Source of the DNA: Paramecium tetraurelia | Taxonomy: Eukaryota | NCBI GenBank assembly: GCA_000165425.1 | Contig: CT868352.1 | Location: forward strand, 186,001 to 250,000 | Reading direction: 5' to 3' | DNA length: 64,000 nucleotides | Part shown: piece by piece, positions 1 to 13,300 of the stretch | How positions within the stretch are numbered: position 1 is the first letter of the stretch | Layout: each line of letters starts with the position of its first letter | Program-made: the position numbers and the translations under genes | The notes under the pieces: model-generated | What the model saw: the letters and a program-made list of their open reading frames with translations, nothing else | The model's database searches: none | Told to the model about the DNA's origin: nothing

Positions 1-138
1 CATTTGCAGATTCCTCATTCTCTATATTAGTTTATTACAATATTTAGATGAGAGAATTATCAGCTACATTTGCAGATTACTCATTCTCTATATCAGTTTA
101 TTACAATATTTAGATTAGAGAATTACCTGCTGCATTTG
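1..138. repeat. 66-bp tandem repeat (>=2 copies) encoding a 22-aa unit
   Basis: catttgcagatt.ctcattctctatat.agtttattacaatatttagat.agagaatta occurs at 1 and 67, with a partial start at 133; minus-strand peptide NSLIQILQQT(D/N)IENE(Q/E)SAN. Confidence 0.9.
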
Positions 139-244
139 ATGTCAGCATTCTTTTCCTCGAAAACTGTAGCTCATTTCTTTGATTTCTAATCTCATTCCTA
201 AATTCTTCTCTCTTCTACTATATTATGTATTACTCTTATTTCAT
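1..244 (-). CDS. 5' end of importin-alpha-like protein (IBB-like N-terminus); continues beyond window start
   Basis: ATG at 244; ciliate-code translation MKQEQYIIQQKREEFRNEIRNQRNELQFSRKRML resembles the IBB consensus (RREE..EIRK.KR.....KRR); followed by a 22-aa repeat. Confidence 0.55.
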
Positions 245-259
245 AAAATAATTTAATTT

Positions 260-1210
260 ATGGCACAAGAAACAGTTGATTTGTGTTGCAACATAAACTT
301 TGAAATTGATATTCATCCCCTTGTGATCGCCTAAATATTAGACTTGCATTACAGAAAATTTGGTGCCTCAAGATAAGAGGAAACCATAGTAGGTGGAGCA
401 TTATTAGGGACAGTCTATACAAATAAAGTTCATATAACAGAATGTTTTGCCTTATTAGTTGACCCTGGAGATGAAACTAACGTATATTTGTTCATCAATC
501 TTCTAGGAGTATACATTTGATTTTGGTGATGCTAAAGATTTATACTTAAGCCATTTATAAGCAAATCCTTAAGAAGTCTTGTTAGGAGGGTTTGTTACAA
601 CCAAAAACTTATCATTAGATATTGGTGTTGCTTATCTTTCAACTGAATTTAGTAAAAAGGAGAACGGATTCAACGCTACTGCAGTATTAGGTTAACCCAT
701 TATTCTTAAAATTAATCCTACATTAAATACTAATAAGATAGAAATGAAAGTATTTTTATCATAATAGCTAGGCATTTAAACTTAATCAATCATTAAAGCA
801 CTATGCGGCAGTGGCATCCTTTAACACAATGCCTATAAAAATATCCTTTTCAGATGAAAATTTATAATAAGCCTGGCCATTCTTAGCTCCCAATCTATAA
901 TAAAAAGATTTCAAAATTGTAAATACAACTAATCCAGCATAACTAGTCTAAGAAAATATCAAAAATATTGAAAAAATACTTTAATATTTGGAAAAAGTTA
1001 TTGTAAGAAAGTCTATTATACTAGGCTGGAAATGAAACAGGAGATTAGGAATTTGGAAGGAAACTCTTATCTTCTTTGAATCAAATAGATTTGATAAGAA
1101 ATGAATCGGACGTTGTATTTAGTCAGGTTGAAGAAGCTTAACTATTTTAATATATTGGAAATTTCGCTTAAGGTTAGGCATTTATTAATGAAAAATTGTA
1201 AAAGATATGA
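260..1210 (+). CDS. MPN (Mov34) domain protein, eIF3 subunit F-like
   Basis: MAQETVDLCCNINFEIDIHPLVIAQILDLHYRK...IVGGALLGTVYTNKVHIQECFAL; three short GT..AG introns (~482, ~749, ~1003); TGA 1208-1210. Confidence 0.75.
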
Positions 1211-1367
1211 CATTTTTATAAAAATATACCAATAAAACAATCAACAAAAGTAATTGAAACATAAACTGTATTGGTTAATTCATTAATCTTCTTAAAAATA
1301 AATTGTTAAAATTATTTATTTTTATTTGATATGATTCAAATAGATTACTCAATTTGTCAATTTTCAA

Positions 1368-2643
1368 TCAATAATAATCTTCTTATCTGCTTTAATATTA
1401 TTCATCGTCACTATTTGACTATTCTTCTCTTTCTTTACCATATCCATGCAAATTACCACGACCTCTTCCTCTCCCTCTTTAATTATACTTTTGTTTTTGA
1501 TTATTATCAAATTGATTACCATATTATGGTTTTTTTTATTACCAACCCTAAACTTGTCTGGTATTTTCATCTTCATTAGAATTACTAAAATCAAGAAATT
1601 ATTGATCTTATTGATTTCTATCCTATTATTGGTATGGATTTTATCCCCTTGTTTTTAGTTAAGTGCCTTTTTACTACCCATAATATTGCTATTTTTAAGC
1701 TTATTAAACATTCTATTTCTGTGTTTGAACAAATCTTACGCCAACAAAGCTTGGTTCAGGATATTAAGCTCGTACATCATCATGAAACTATTATATTTTT
1801 TTAATGTATTTCTCAACAAGGCTTTATATTGATTATGCAGTCTTTTATTATTTGATAGATATTTCTGCTTCGTAAAATGGTTTATAATAATTCTCTAAAT
1901 TCAAACATATATATACTGTGTTATTCCAACAATTCCAAAGCATTATCTAAATTCTTTTTAAAAGTATTATTCTTATTAGTGATTTCCTTTGCAATCTCTA
2001 CCAAAAATGCCTATTTATTTTTTTCAACTTATTAAACTTGGAAGACATAGCTTTCGCAATAATCATCCAATTAATAAATCATTGTTTATTTGTATCTTAC
2101 ACAAGTGACTTATAATGTATTTTCTTTTATATATTCTCTGATTTTTTCTAAACAAATTTCTGTTTAATTATAGTCTATAATATCATATTATGCTAATGTT
2201 ATTCTATATTATCTTTTATAGTCCAATATATCCAAATGCTTTGATTTTAGCTCTTTTTTTCTTTCATAACCTAAATATGTAAAATAAAATAAAATACAAA
2301 AGATTTTTCCTTTTTCATCAAATCCCATTCTGAAAGATAATTGAGTTGCATAATTCAACGCAAAGATAATATCAAGATTGAATTCCCATCTTTTTTCACT
2401 TTTTAATGTTTAGCATGCCTTTTCATAGTCTAATTTTGATATAGCAGATTCAAATCGATAATTTTTTTTTTCTATTTTACTTTCCACATTTATAAATTAG
2501 TCTTAAAAGTGTTTTAAATCTATCAGTGCTTCATCAGTTTTGGCTATGATTGTGCCAATTTTAGCCTCTATTCTAAAATTATCATTCAGCTTCTGTTATT
2601 TGATAAACTCTTCTAACTCATCTAAAACCTAATTATTATACAT
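1368..2643 (-). CDS. Cet1-like (CYTH/triphosphate tunnel) RNA triphosphatase-family protein with RG-rich tail
   Basis: Motifs FRIEAKIG, YRFESAIS, KHLDILDYKRQYRITLA, VRYKQTMIY, FYEAEIS; C-terminal RGRGRGRG; two tiny introns. Confidence 0.6.
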
Positions 2644-3636
2644 TTAATTAATTTTCAATATAAAGTTATCTAACTTGAGTTATTAATCTCTTTAATAAAT
2701 CATTCATTTGAAGAAATAATTAGACTATTATTGAATTAAATGTTTAGATAAAAAGTTCTAGATTGTATAAACACTAGCTTAAAAATATCAAAATAAATCA
2801 ATTAGTTTTAATATGTAAGTTGTTATTTAAACCCATCAATGAAAATATTTAAAGTAATATACTCTAATATATCGAGTGAGTTACATCATTAGCATTTTTG
2901 ACCTTTTTAGTAATATAAATCAGACAAGCTATGCGAAAAAATAACTTTCACCGAAGATGAATCATAAAATTCTAATTAATCTCAAATAATTTTATATTAA
3001 AAAGTTTTCATTTTTTTTAGATTTATACAATTAATATTTGTATTGAGATAAAAATTATTCAGCATTATTTGCATTACCCTATTATTTATTAAGTTTTATT
3101 GAATCTCAACAGATCCCAGCAAGATAAAAAATTTTTTGTTCATAAAAAAGTTAACTAATACTAGACTCTTATACCTATTTTTATAAAAACAGAAAGAAAT
3201 AAATTAAAGAATATAGAATTTAATTTTAAATGCATATTATGTCTAACTTTAAAATTAGGCTGATGACTATGAAATTATGAGGAATTTTCTAATTATTCAT
3301 TAAATCAGATATGTTGCTAAATTAAGAATATTACAATAAATTAATATTCTATAAATAAATTAGATTCATTACTTTTTCTCAATAATAAACATATTTCACA
3401 TGATTAAACCAATTTTTGAATAGTAAAAAATCTAAAAAATACATTTAAAAAAATAATTAACATCTTTCTTCAATTTCAAGTGTATAAATTATGATATCAT
3501 CCTTTTAGTTGTTTAAAATAATACTAAAATTAAGTTTAAATGAAATAGTATATTCAATTTTTATATATATATGCAGTTTAGAAAAATATAATATTATGCA
3601 GTAATTTAAACTGTATGAAATTTTTAATAAAATAAA

Positions 3637-4767
3637 TCATGTTTAATTAAACATTGGATTTCTTAATGACTATTAATGAGGTAATAGGTAAAATTGAGGG
3701 TAGGAAAAATAAATATTTTGATAATTGAAGGGTTAATTGTAAAAAACAGGGTAGACTAGTTAGAACGGCAAATTATTCACACCCATTTCAGAAGTTTAAG
3801 AATTATCAGAAGTTGATTCAGTTTTGACACAAATTTATTTCCTTTTGGTTTCTTCTAAAATGGACGAGATGAATATCGGATCATAATTATTGTGTTGGAT
3901 AATTAGATTTAGAATTTGTAATTCGTCCACCTTGTCATCAGGTTTCTCCTAATGTTGTTAATATTTACAAATACTTTTTCATTTAAAATTTTTCTTATAA
4001 TAGAGTTGTACAAATTTTTTATCTGATTATCTGTTCGACCTGGTAATGATTTAGAAATTCTCGCCCAATTTTTATTCGTACTTAAAGCTTTTCTAATAAT
4101 AATAAGTATTTCATCTTAGCGGAATTCATTTCTAAATCTATATAATGATTACTTATTTATGTCTGGATTGATAACATTGTTAAATCGCTCTCGAATTTAT
4201 TTTGGATACCTTACTGTTTAACTAGTTTTTATAAATTCAATTGCAATTTTTATCCAGTCTTTAGGTCCTGGGTATGATCTAACTTAGCAGAAATTAATAC
4301 TATCTTAGTTTAATTAGTAAATCATCTTCTTCTTTTTTCCAAGGCTGTTCTTTAAGTTTATAATTCAGAAGGCTCAACCATTTAGTCAATAAAAGTTCTT
4401 CTGAGAGATTTAAGATACTAGATAGTTTCTCGAAGACTTTCCATTAATACTACACAATAATAAATAGTAAAAAAGGCATTACCAGTTCATGAAATTTTAT
4501 TTAAAGCTTTTCCGTGATTTTAGTGATACACCAAATCAAGAAATACTTTTCTTTGCACCCCCATTTGCATTTTCTTTTTATCTTAGCCCTAATTCCTATA
4601 ATAGTTTTATACTTTTGAAAATCTGCGCTGAAGTATGATATAATTTAAAAAGATGTCATTCTTGTATTTGGTATCTTTATAAATTGGCTAATCAGAGGCT
4701 AGTCAAGTTCTTTATCTATAACATCACCAATAAATTCAAGAAATTCATTCCAAGTTTGAGGAATCAT
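3637..4767 (-). CDS. Myb-family transcription factor (2 clear repeats plus 1 degenerate)
   Basis: PWKKEEDDLLIKL..GPKDWIKIA..RYPKQIRERFNNVINP; KNWARISKSLPGRTDNQIKNLYNS; short introns. Confidence 0.9.
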
Positions 4768-6135
4768 TTTAATTCAAAAATAAATTATCTTTTTTATTTT
4801 TTCTCTATCCAGATATAAACAAAACTACAGAAAGATCTTAGATTAAATAAATAAGCAGAGATAAATTAAAATATACAAATATTACGCAGACGATCGGAAA
4901 ATGATGAAGTTTAAATTTTAATGTCATAAATTATTTTTTAAGAGGATATAATATTTTGATAATTAAATTATCACGTTAAATTATATAATATTGATAGCCT
5001 TGTTCTCAAGATTAACATAAATTAACCTTACATTAAAATTCATTTTGAATAATTAAAGCGAACAGCTCTAAATTAACTTTGATATTAATACTAAAAATAT
5101 CAATTATTATTAAATTGATCTATTTCCTCGAGTGTAATTAGTATTAAAAAATTATAAGCCCATTATTAATAATACAACATATCAAACTCTATTAAAAATT
5201 AAAGGCGCCAATTTAATTTTATAACCGAGAATTCCTCAATGTAAAAACCAAATGTATTATTTAGGTGTGAAAACAACTAAATTCAAGTGGGCATCTTACG
5301 ATGAAAAGATCTTTTAATGATAATAATCAGAATGTAAATTTGTTTTGGACATGTAAAAATTATGAATCAATTTTAATTATAACTAACTCTCAATTTTAAC
5401 CATGACTGTCTCTTTAATTAATGCTAAATTTGTCTTTAAATTAATGAAATAACATTGTGTTTTAATAACGTCGTTATAATAAAAATATGGGAATGTTATT
5501 GATCAATACATTATTTCATTTGTTTTTATTAAAAAATTTATTTTATTTAAGTTATTAAAAAAAAAAAAGTTAATAATTGATATTATTAAAATGAATGTCT
5601 TTGCTGATTAAATAATGGTTAAGACTTATAAAGCTTAATAAAAATTATAATTATAAATATTTTAAAAACTTGAACAAGGGTAAAAATGTCATTAGGCTTG
5701 GATGATTTAATCTAAAATACAAAAACTATCTTTAAATAAAAAGTATAATTCTTTTTTTATAAGAAATCATCAATTTAGTCAGCTAATAATTAGATGATGC
5801 TGTTTAAAATACTTTCAAATGATTCTTCCTATAGTTTTTTAACATTAATTAGCTAAAAAGCAAAATAATATACAACGCATAAAAGTTAATTTATGATTTT
5901 TCAAATAACTTTTAGAAAACTTGTTTCAAATTAGAAGTACAATTATGTTTTATGATTATTCATGCCAATTTTAAATAATATAATAATAAGAGATATTATT
6001 AGAAAAGTAAAATTAAGGAAAATTAAGATCGAATGATTCTTAACTACCCATTCTATTTTCCGCTGTATTCAGGTTTTAATAAGCCTGATAGCCAATATTA
6101 AGATGATAAATAATTAATCTAAAATATTGTAAAAA

Positions 6136-7009
6136 TCACATGGAATTTTGATTCTAATCTTAAGGAGATTCTTCGAAATAATTAAAGTCAATGAATAAGG
6201 CAGCTGCTAATAAAAGAGCCTTCTATCTACTGGTGGATTGCACTGGAAACATTAATCTAAAGTTTGTTGCATCTACATTACATAATGCATTGCAAAACCC
6301 TGCAGATTCTTTCCACAATTCCGAAACTTTCTTAAATATATTGATCACAATATACCTATCCTTGTGAATCCAAAATATCAAATCTAGCTCTTTAGCATGC
6401 TTCACAAGGTAATTACACTAAAAATGGCCATTGACAACAACTTCCTTTAACAGAATATATTAATGAATTATTCTCATCTCTTATTTCAACTCCCTTATCA
6501 CAACACATAAATGGATAACATATATAGCCTATTTTCCCTCCATTTTATAGTTAAACTTCCATCATAGGTCTGAAATTAAATATTTTGATTACCGAGCTAG
6601 ACAAAGAAATGTGCATTTGAACTCTCTACTCAATTTAAATACTGTATTTGTGTCTTATTTTTAGTCATATTATTTGACTTTCAAATCAAAAGCTCGACAA
6701 GCACCTGGAAGACAATTTCTTTGCCAACAGCTGCTTTCCTCCTTACATTTAAAAATAGGAGCTTGATGCTTAAAATCAGGTTTATTTCCCATGGTATCGG
6801 ATTAATAAACATAATAAACATTTTTTTTCTCGCAGAATCCTAAAGATTCCAAATAGTCGGGACGTTATTTGATGAAAACACTTGGACATCTAGAGATAGC
6901 ATCTAATCCTGAGTTAAAAGAGGTCTAGATTTCTAAAAATTATTACATCAATCTACCCAGGGTTGATATATTGCTGTTATGGTTATTAGTATGCTGGTTA
7001 ATATTACAT
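6136..7009 (-). CDS. Phospholipid scramblase (PLSCR family)
   Basis: SGLDAISRCPSVFIKQ..FKCKEESSCWQRNCLPGACRAFDL..REFKCTFLCLARP..DATNFRLMFPVQSTSRQKALLLAAALFIDFNYFE; three tiny introns. Confidence 0.9.
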
Positions 7010-7335
7010 TTTTTTTGCAAATTTTATTTTATTAATTATGAATTGTGTTTATTTAGTTAAGAAATAACAACAAATTTATTTATAGAGAAATGATGATTTT
7101 AAGTTGAATCACAACATAAAAGGAATTAATAAATTTCTTAACAAAAATGCTTTAATATTTTAAAGATTATTTAATGTATTCTAAAAATAAATATTTAATA
7201 TTTAATTCCTTTTGATAAAACAACTTTTAGATTCATTTGCTTAACAAACTTTTTATAAAAATTATTATGATATCAAATAAGTGTACTCTAGGAACTAACC
7301 ATTTTTATTAATTAAAATAATAAAATAATTAAATC

Positions 7336-8069
7336 ATGAAAATTTATTATGTTAGACATGGACAATCTATGAATAATGTTATCAATGATCTTTCAGACTT
7401 AGAATATGAATAGAATCGTCAATAGGATCCTCCACTTTCTGAATCAGGTGTCAAATAGGTAAAACTATTGACTGATTATCTTAAATTAAAAAATGTTGAA
7501 TTTGAAGAAATTAGATGTTCCCCTTAATTAAGAGCTATTCAAACCGCATAATTAATTAGTGAAGGATTTAAAGTTCCTCTCAAAATATAACAAAATCTAC
7601 ATGAAAAAGGAGGTAATTAACGTATGAATAAAGGATTTCCTGGATTAACAAGAAAGTAATTATTTAGAATATTAATAGAGAGTTTTAGAATCAATATCCA
7701 GAGTTTGAAATAGATGAATTAATACAAGATGCAGGATGGTATTTTAAAGATAAAAGAGAAACTGATGAAGAATGTACATAAAGAGCAGAGAAGGTAATTT
7801 AAGATTTACAGAAAGAAACAAAAAAATCTATATTAATAATTGGACATGGAAATTTTATGGATTAGGTGATGGGGTTTGTTTGTGGAAGAGCTCAAAATTC
7901 CAAATACTTTTATTATCATTAAAATTGCGGCATTACATTACTCAAAAATGATGGCTATGGATTTGAGATAGATTATTATAATGATTATTCCTTTCTTGAT
8001 ATGCATTACATTAAAACCGGAGAAGACTTACTTTTAAAGAGACTTGCCAATTATAAAGGGAAAATTTGA
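7336..8069 (+). CDS. Histidine phosphatase / phosphoglycerate mutase family
   Basis: MKIYYVRHGQSMNN (RHG motif), DPPLSESG, CSPQLRAIQTA, LHEKGG, IIGHGNF; one intron ~7656. Confidence 0.92.
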
Positions 8070-8664
8070 TAATAAAATATAAATCATAAATTTAAGCAAT
8101 TATTATTAGTTTATACATAAGTTTATAAAAAAGTAATCTAATTTTATATTTTTTTAAACCTATTTAAACGTATTTCAGAATTAAGTAACATAATCGTTTC
8201 ATGAAAATTTTGTCTTCTATTGTTAGATAAAAGATTGTAAAATTTATAAACTTGATAATATTTCTTTCTCCTAATTTTTGAATTATATATTTTCCTATTT
8301 TCTATTTGATTAATATGTAAATGTATATCTCAAATCACAAATACATCTTGATAACTTAAACAAAAGTAAAATATTTAATGATATTGATCTTATCTAAGGT
8401 TTAATACGATTTAAAATTCAAGCATTGTAATGTAGCCTATTAGAAAAGATAAATAAGAGAATATTCTTAAGTATGATCTTTGGAAATCAATTATTTTATT
8501 CTTATTTAGTTTTCAGAAAGTATTAGTTAAATGCTAAGTTAAATATCTAAACTCATCGTGGAATCTGAAGCATAGAGTGTCAATTAACATCATAAGCATT
8601 AAAAATGTAGGGATTATTCATATTTAAAATTCTATGAAAAATTATATTTTTATTAATAATAATT

Positions 8665-10349
8665 ATGTTATAATCATTTTTACTTAGTCTGGCATCTGGT
8701 ATTGTGCTATTCATTGTTTACATGTATCACAGGGCTAATTTATCAGAGGGATCAGCTAACTATAGGTATTATAATGAAGCAGTGAAAGGAATGTCAAGAT
8801 GGTTGGAATAGACGGTTGATTTAACATAATCCCATTTTTAACCATGCAAGTATAGGAGTTTAACATACATAGAAATTGTGGATATGAGATTGCATTAGTG
8901 CATGATAATTTTTATTGTCTAAGAAGCGACCTTTTTAAATTGTTGCATCCTGAAGTAGTAGTATAAGATCAAATGGTATTAAGAGATTATGGTGGTTAAG
9001 ATTTGGCAAGAAAAATCATACAACAAAACATGTATGATGCTTTACCAAGCTTTGTATAGACAAGGTAAATTGAAATTGGATATCATTAAACTCCTCTAGA
9101 GACATCAGTAGTATATCCATATGCTAAAAACTATTTTCGAACTCATACCTTTGGAAAATAAGCAGGTTGTATTTTCTAAAAATATTTCCATGTTCCAGGC
9201 CAAGAGGAAATTGCATTAAAATCAAATCAATCAACCCATTTTCATAATTACATTGACAATTTAAAATAAGAAAATAAGAGTACAACATGTATTAAAGATG
9301 CTAGTTATGAAAAGCCAACATTCAGAATGTGGTTGAAAGAAGAGTGTGAGAATTTCTTTGAAATCATAAACACAAAGTAATACAAGGATAAATTGGAAAA
9401 TGAGGGGATCTAGTACATTTACAAAACAAATAGACATTTAGGAAATGGCATATTACTTTTAGATTATTAGAATGAAAAAATAATTAGATCATGGTACAAA
9501 GACAGTCTAGGTTGTGGACGCAATCTTTCTTAAGTGAATAATTCAAGAGTACCTTAAGAATCCTTACTTATTTTTAAAGGCCATAAGATGGAATTTAGAT
9601 CTTATTTTTAGATTGCATCCACAAATCCACCCATCTTATATGGATATAAGAAGGCGTTGATTAAATAATGTGCCTTAAAGTTTGATTTGTTAGATTTCAC
9701 TAAAGAGGCACATGTATGTAATACAGCTGTAACAAAAACACATAAATAAACAACAGGATAAGAATAGGATGACGATCTCTATATTGATTGGAATTTAGAA
9801 GAGTTACAAGATATTTTGTTACAGTAAGGTAAAATAAAATCGCGTAATTGGTTGAATGAAGAACTTTACCCTTAAATTATGAGAAAGATTACTCATCTTT
9901 TTTTTTCGGTAGAAAAGTATCTTTTGAAGGATAGTAGAGTTGGGGAGTTTTTTGGAGTGGATTTCATACTTGATGACGATTTGAATTTATGGATATTTGA
10001 ATGCAACAGGAATCCTAATTTTTTAGCAGTGACAGAAGGAAGGAAGGAGAAATTTGGGAAACTGATTCCTGACATGTTGGAAATCTAAATGCAATTAGTT
10101 AGAAGCAGATATAAAAGGATTAGAGATTTCATGTACAATACACTATTACCAGCGATAAAAGCTAGATAATTTCAATAGTAGTAGGAGAAGTTAAAGGAGG
10201 AATTTCTATAATTGATGAAGGATAGATTCGAGCCAGAATACAAATTATCAACAAGTAATTTGGCTGAATTGGCATATATTGGGGATGGGTAGTTTAATGG
10301 ATACATAAAGAAGGAGTGTTTAGAATCAAGTAGAGTATTAAAAAAGTGA
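8665..10349 (+). CDS. TTL-family (ATP-grasp) ligase-like protein with N-terminal hydrophobic anchor
   Basis: N-terminus MLQSFLLSLASGIVLFIVYMY; RHLGNGILL, GHKMEFRSY, FFGVDFILDDDLNLWIFECNRNP; 23-nt intron 8850-8872. Confidence 0.85.
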
Positions 10350-10381
10350 ATATATTTAATCATAATAAATTAAATTATTAA

Positions 10382-13300
10382 ATGTTTGCTTAAAAATAGA
10401 TTACTAGCAAGTTATTATTGACCAAGCTTAGAGAAGTTGAAGAAAGAAATGATACCCAATCAGCTCCATCATTTATGAATCAAACTGTTACTATTAATAA
10501 TCAGCATATCAGTGATTAAATTAGAAAGGCCAAACAAGAGGCATTAAGTTTACACACAAGTTGTAAGTCAACCTAGCATTCTCCGAAAGCTTCGTTAGAT
10601 CTTTCAGAATTTATTAAGCAAACTAAAATCTAATAAATTACCCAATAAAAATTGTTGATGGATAAAAAGTTCTAAAGACTTACAATTTCGAAAGTTCGTG
10701 ATGATGTAAGCCATTTTTATGATTAAATTCGATAACCTGCCACAACAAGTATGTCAATTTTCATAAATAGGGGAGTAACGCAGTTTTTAGCCCAGACGTT
10801 AAGGGACAACTTTCCATAAGAAATCAAGAAGTGGTTAACAAATTCATCTAATCGATATGAAGGAATATTAAAAATTAGATGTTGGTTTGAATAAGGAAAT
10901 ATCCTCCTTGCATACAGAAGATCCTGGTGGAAGAGTTTAGAGTATCCAATTAAAAGATTGGTTCTAAAAATAATAATAAGGAGATCTGATACCCTTATTA
11001 ACAGTAACGATGAATGAATTGATTAAATCGTTGAAAAGAGAATGTTTAGAAAGAGGAGAATTGGTTGAATAAATTTGGGACAAAGTTATTCAAATGGTAA
11101 ATAAGATTAAATTTGACACAGAAATATTGCTTAAGAAAAATGATGTCTAAGTAATGGATGAATAGGCCAGAGTGTATTTTATTTATTAAGAAAAAATGTC
11201 AGACTTATAAACTCAGATTTAGGATGTTTAACATAAATACTCTCAAGAAATCATTCAACATAATGTTAGTAAATAGGAATATAAGGAATTGGAGGCAAAT
11301 TTCAAAAAAAATAGAGCATAATTAAATGATCTAAGGAAGATTGCCTCATTTTTATAAAAGAAGTTAAAATAATCTCATTAAGAAATTGAAATTCTCAACA
11401 GAAAACTATAAATAATTACCTAGAAGTAATTAGAATCATAATAATAATTACAAAGAGATATTAACAGTAGTCACTAGTAAGGTAATAGCTAAAAGATTTT
11501 GATAAAATAAGAAAGCATGTTTTCGTAAAGGTAATCATAAGTTTTGCAACCTCCTCTATTAAATCAGCCATAACAATCCTAGCCACAGAAGATCTTGTAG
11601 CATATCACTAATTCCAATTAAACTTAATCAGGACGAAGAATGTCTTATTTAGGTAATTCTCAAGTTCAATAAACCTAACATGAGAAATCAAGTTCATCTG
11701 ATGAAGACGATTTGATGGATGGATTATTGGATGATAAAAATATCATAGAGATGGACAATATGGTGATGAATATGGATAAGATTATTAAGGTAGCCTGTGT
11801 AGAGACCTAAGTTGAACCAGACATACTTCATTTATATTAAAAGACTTAGGAGATACAAACAAATATAGTGATGATGGCTAAAGATTTCAATTTGATAACT
11901 GATACTTAGACTAAAATTCAAAGTGTGTTGGAACAATACAAGCAAAGAAGCCAAGTTGAAGAGACTCTCAAATTGTGTGAAGATAAAGCTAATAAAGCCT
12001 TTTCTGGTCGATAATTGAATTAGATAATTGAATCTAAATTTCTGAATAAAGATATACCATCTCCAGGAGTGACTAAATTAAATTAGCTAAGACAAGATTC
12101 CTTTAGATCTAAAAAAGCTGTGAATTAGTCTATTGAATAAGCAACTAGTAATGATTAGAGTATGGATATCAATTCTGATCGATATTTAGACTTAGATAAA
12201 GTGAAAACACTAGTGATTATGATGCAAAGTTTGGAAAATAAAAACAAGGAACTTCAATACATAATTGAATAGATGAGTGAGAGATGCAATTAACACATGA
12301 TAGAATTAGAAGACACAAGAAGCAGAGCAGTGTCTATTGGCACATTTAAGGTTTTAAAAGAATAACAATAATAATAATAATTGTAAACTTAAAAATAGTT
12401 GGAAGGAGAATCATCTCCTGAGCAATTTGCAAAATTCAATTCATCTTAAAAAATGATTAGAAAATAGAGGGATAATAAAAAGTTAAATTAAGCAAAATTG
12501 ATTTTCAAAGGTCCTTAATTAGGTCAGAAGGTTAATATAGTTTATGAATTCTAAAAAGTGAATGCTGGTCCATAATTAGTTGAGAAAATCAAATTAAAGT
12601 AATTACCTAAAATTAAACATTTTATGCCTTTAAAATTATTATTAAAACAGATCACAGTAATCTATTAGGATAGGATACAACAATAGAAGGATAATCAGGC
12701 TTTTAAAGATTAAGACATGGCTTCATTTGTTTATAGTTATTTTCTTTAATAATTTGGTATAAAGAAAATAGCAGAATAGAAATTTTTGATTCTCATAGTT
12801 TCAGTTAAACATTATAAATAATTAGTAAGAATAAACAATTTTGCAAAATTTTTAGGATTGTTTGATGACTGTGTTAATTACACAATAGATGAGATGAAAA
12901 AATATTTGGAGGCATTTGATTACGTGACAAATGTGTCAACTCTTGGTGTCTTGATTGGAGATTAAGAATCTGAAGTCAGATATTTTGTGCCTTATGTCAG
13001 AGCATAATAATATATAGGGATGTTTGCAGATTCAAGAATGACTGTTGAAGAAAAGGAAGAGCTAAAAAAGGAATTAGATCTATTAAAAGAAGTAGATACA
13101 AAAACATCTAATAGATAACCGGTGATTGATTTTGATTAATTTATGATTCAAATGTTCGTGAAATATAAAATATTGGTAAGCAGGGCCAAGGAGTATGTTA
13201 TTAATGCATTTGCTGCATGCGATTTAGGTAACTAAAATTTTATATATTAATTAGATGGCAATGGTATGTGTAATTTTGAAGAATGGTATTTATTGCTTAG

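Noticed and set aside
1..138. CRISPR-like or satellite array
   Set aside because: Head-to-tail 66-bp in-frame coding repeat with no spacers
1331..1658. Three overlapping short ORFs in the track
   Set aside because: Antisense or off-frame shadows of the low-complexity tail of the 1368-2643 gene
5591..6194. Putative plus-strand gene from ATG 5591
   Set aside because: In-frame TGAs, no motif, and its 3' part overlaps the scramblase gene antisense
6136..7009. RING/IBR ubiquitin ligase suggested by Cys richness
   Set aside because: Spliced translation matches PLSCR scramblase motifs instead
7085..7200. C/D snoRNA suggested by a TGATGA box
   Set aside because: No matching CTGA D box or terminal stem found; expected by chance in AT-rich DNA
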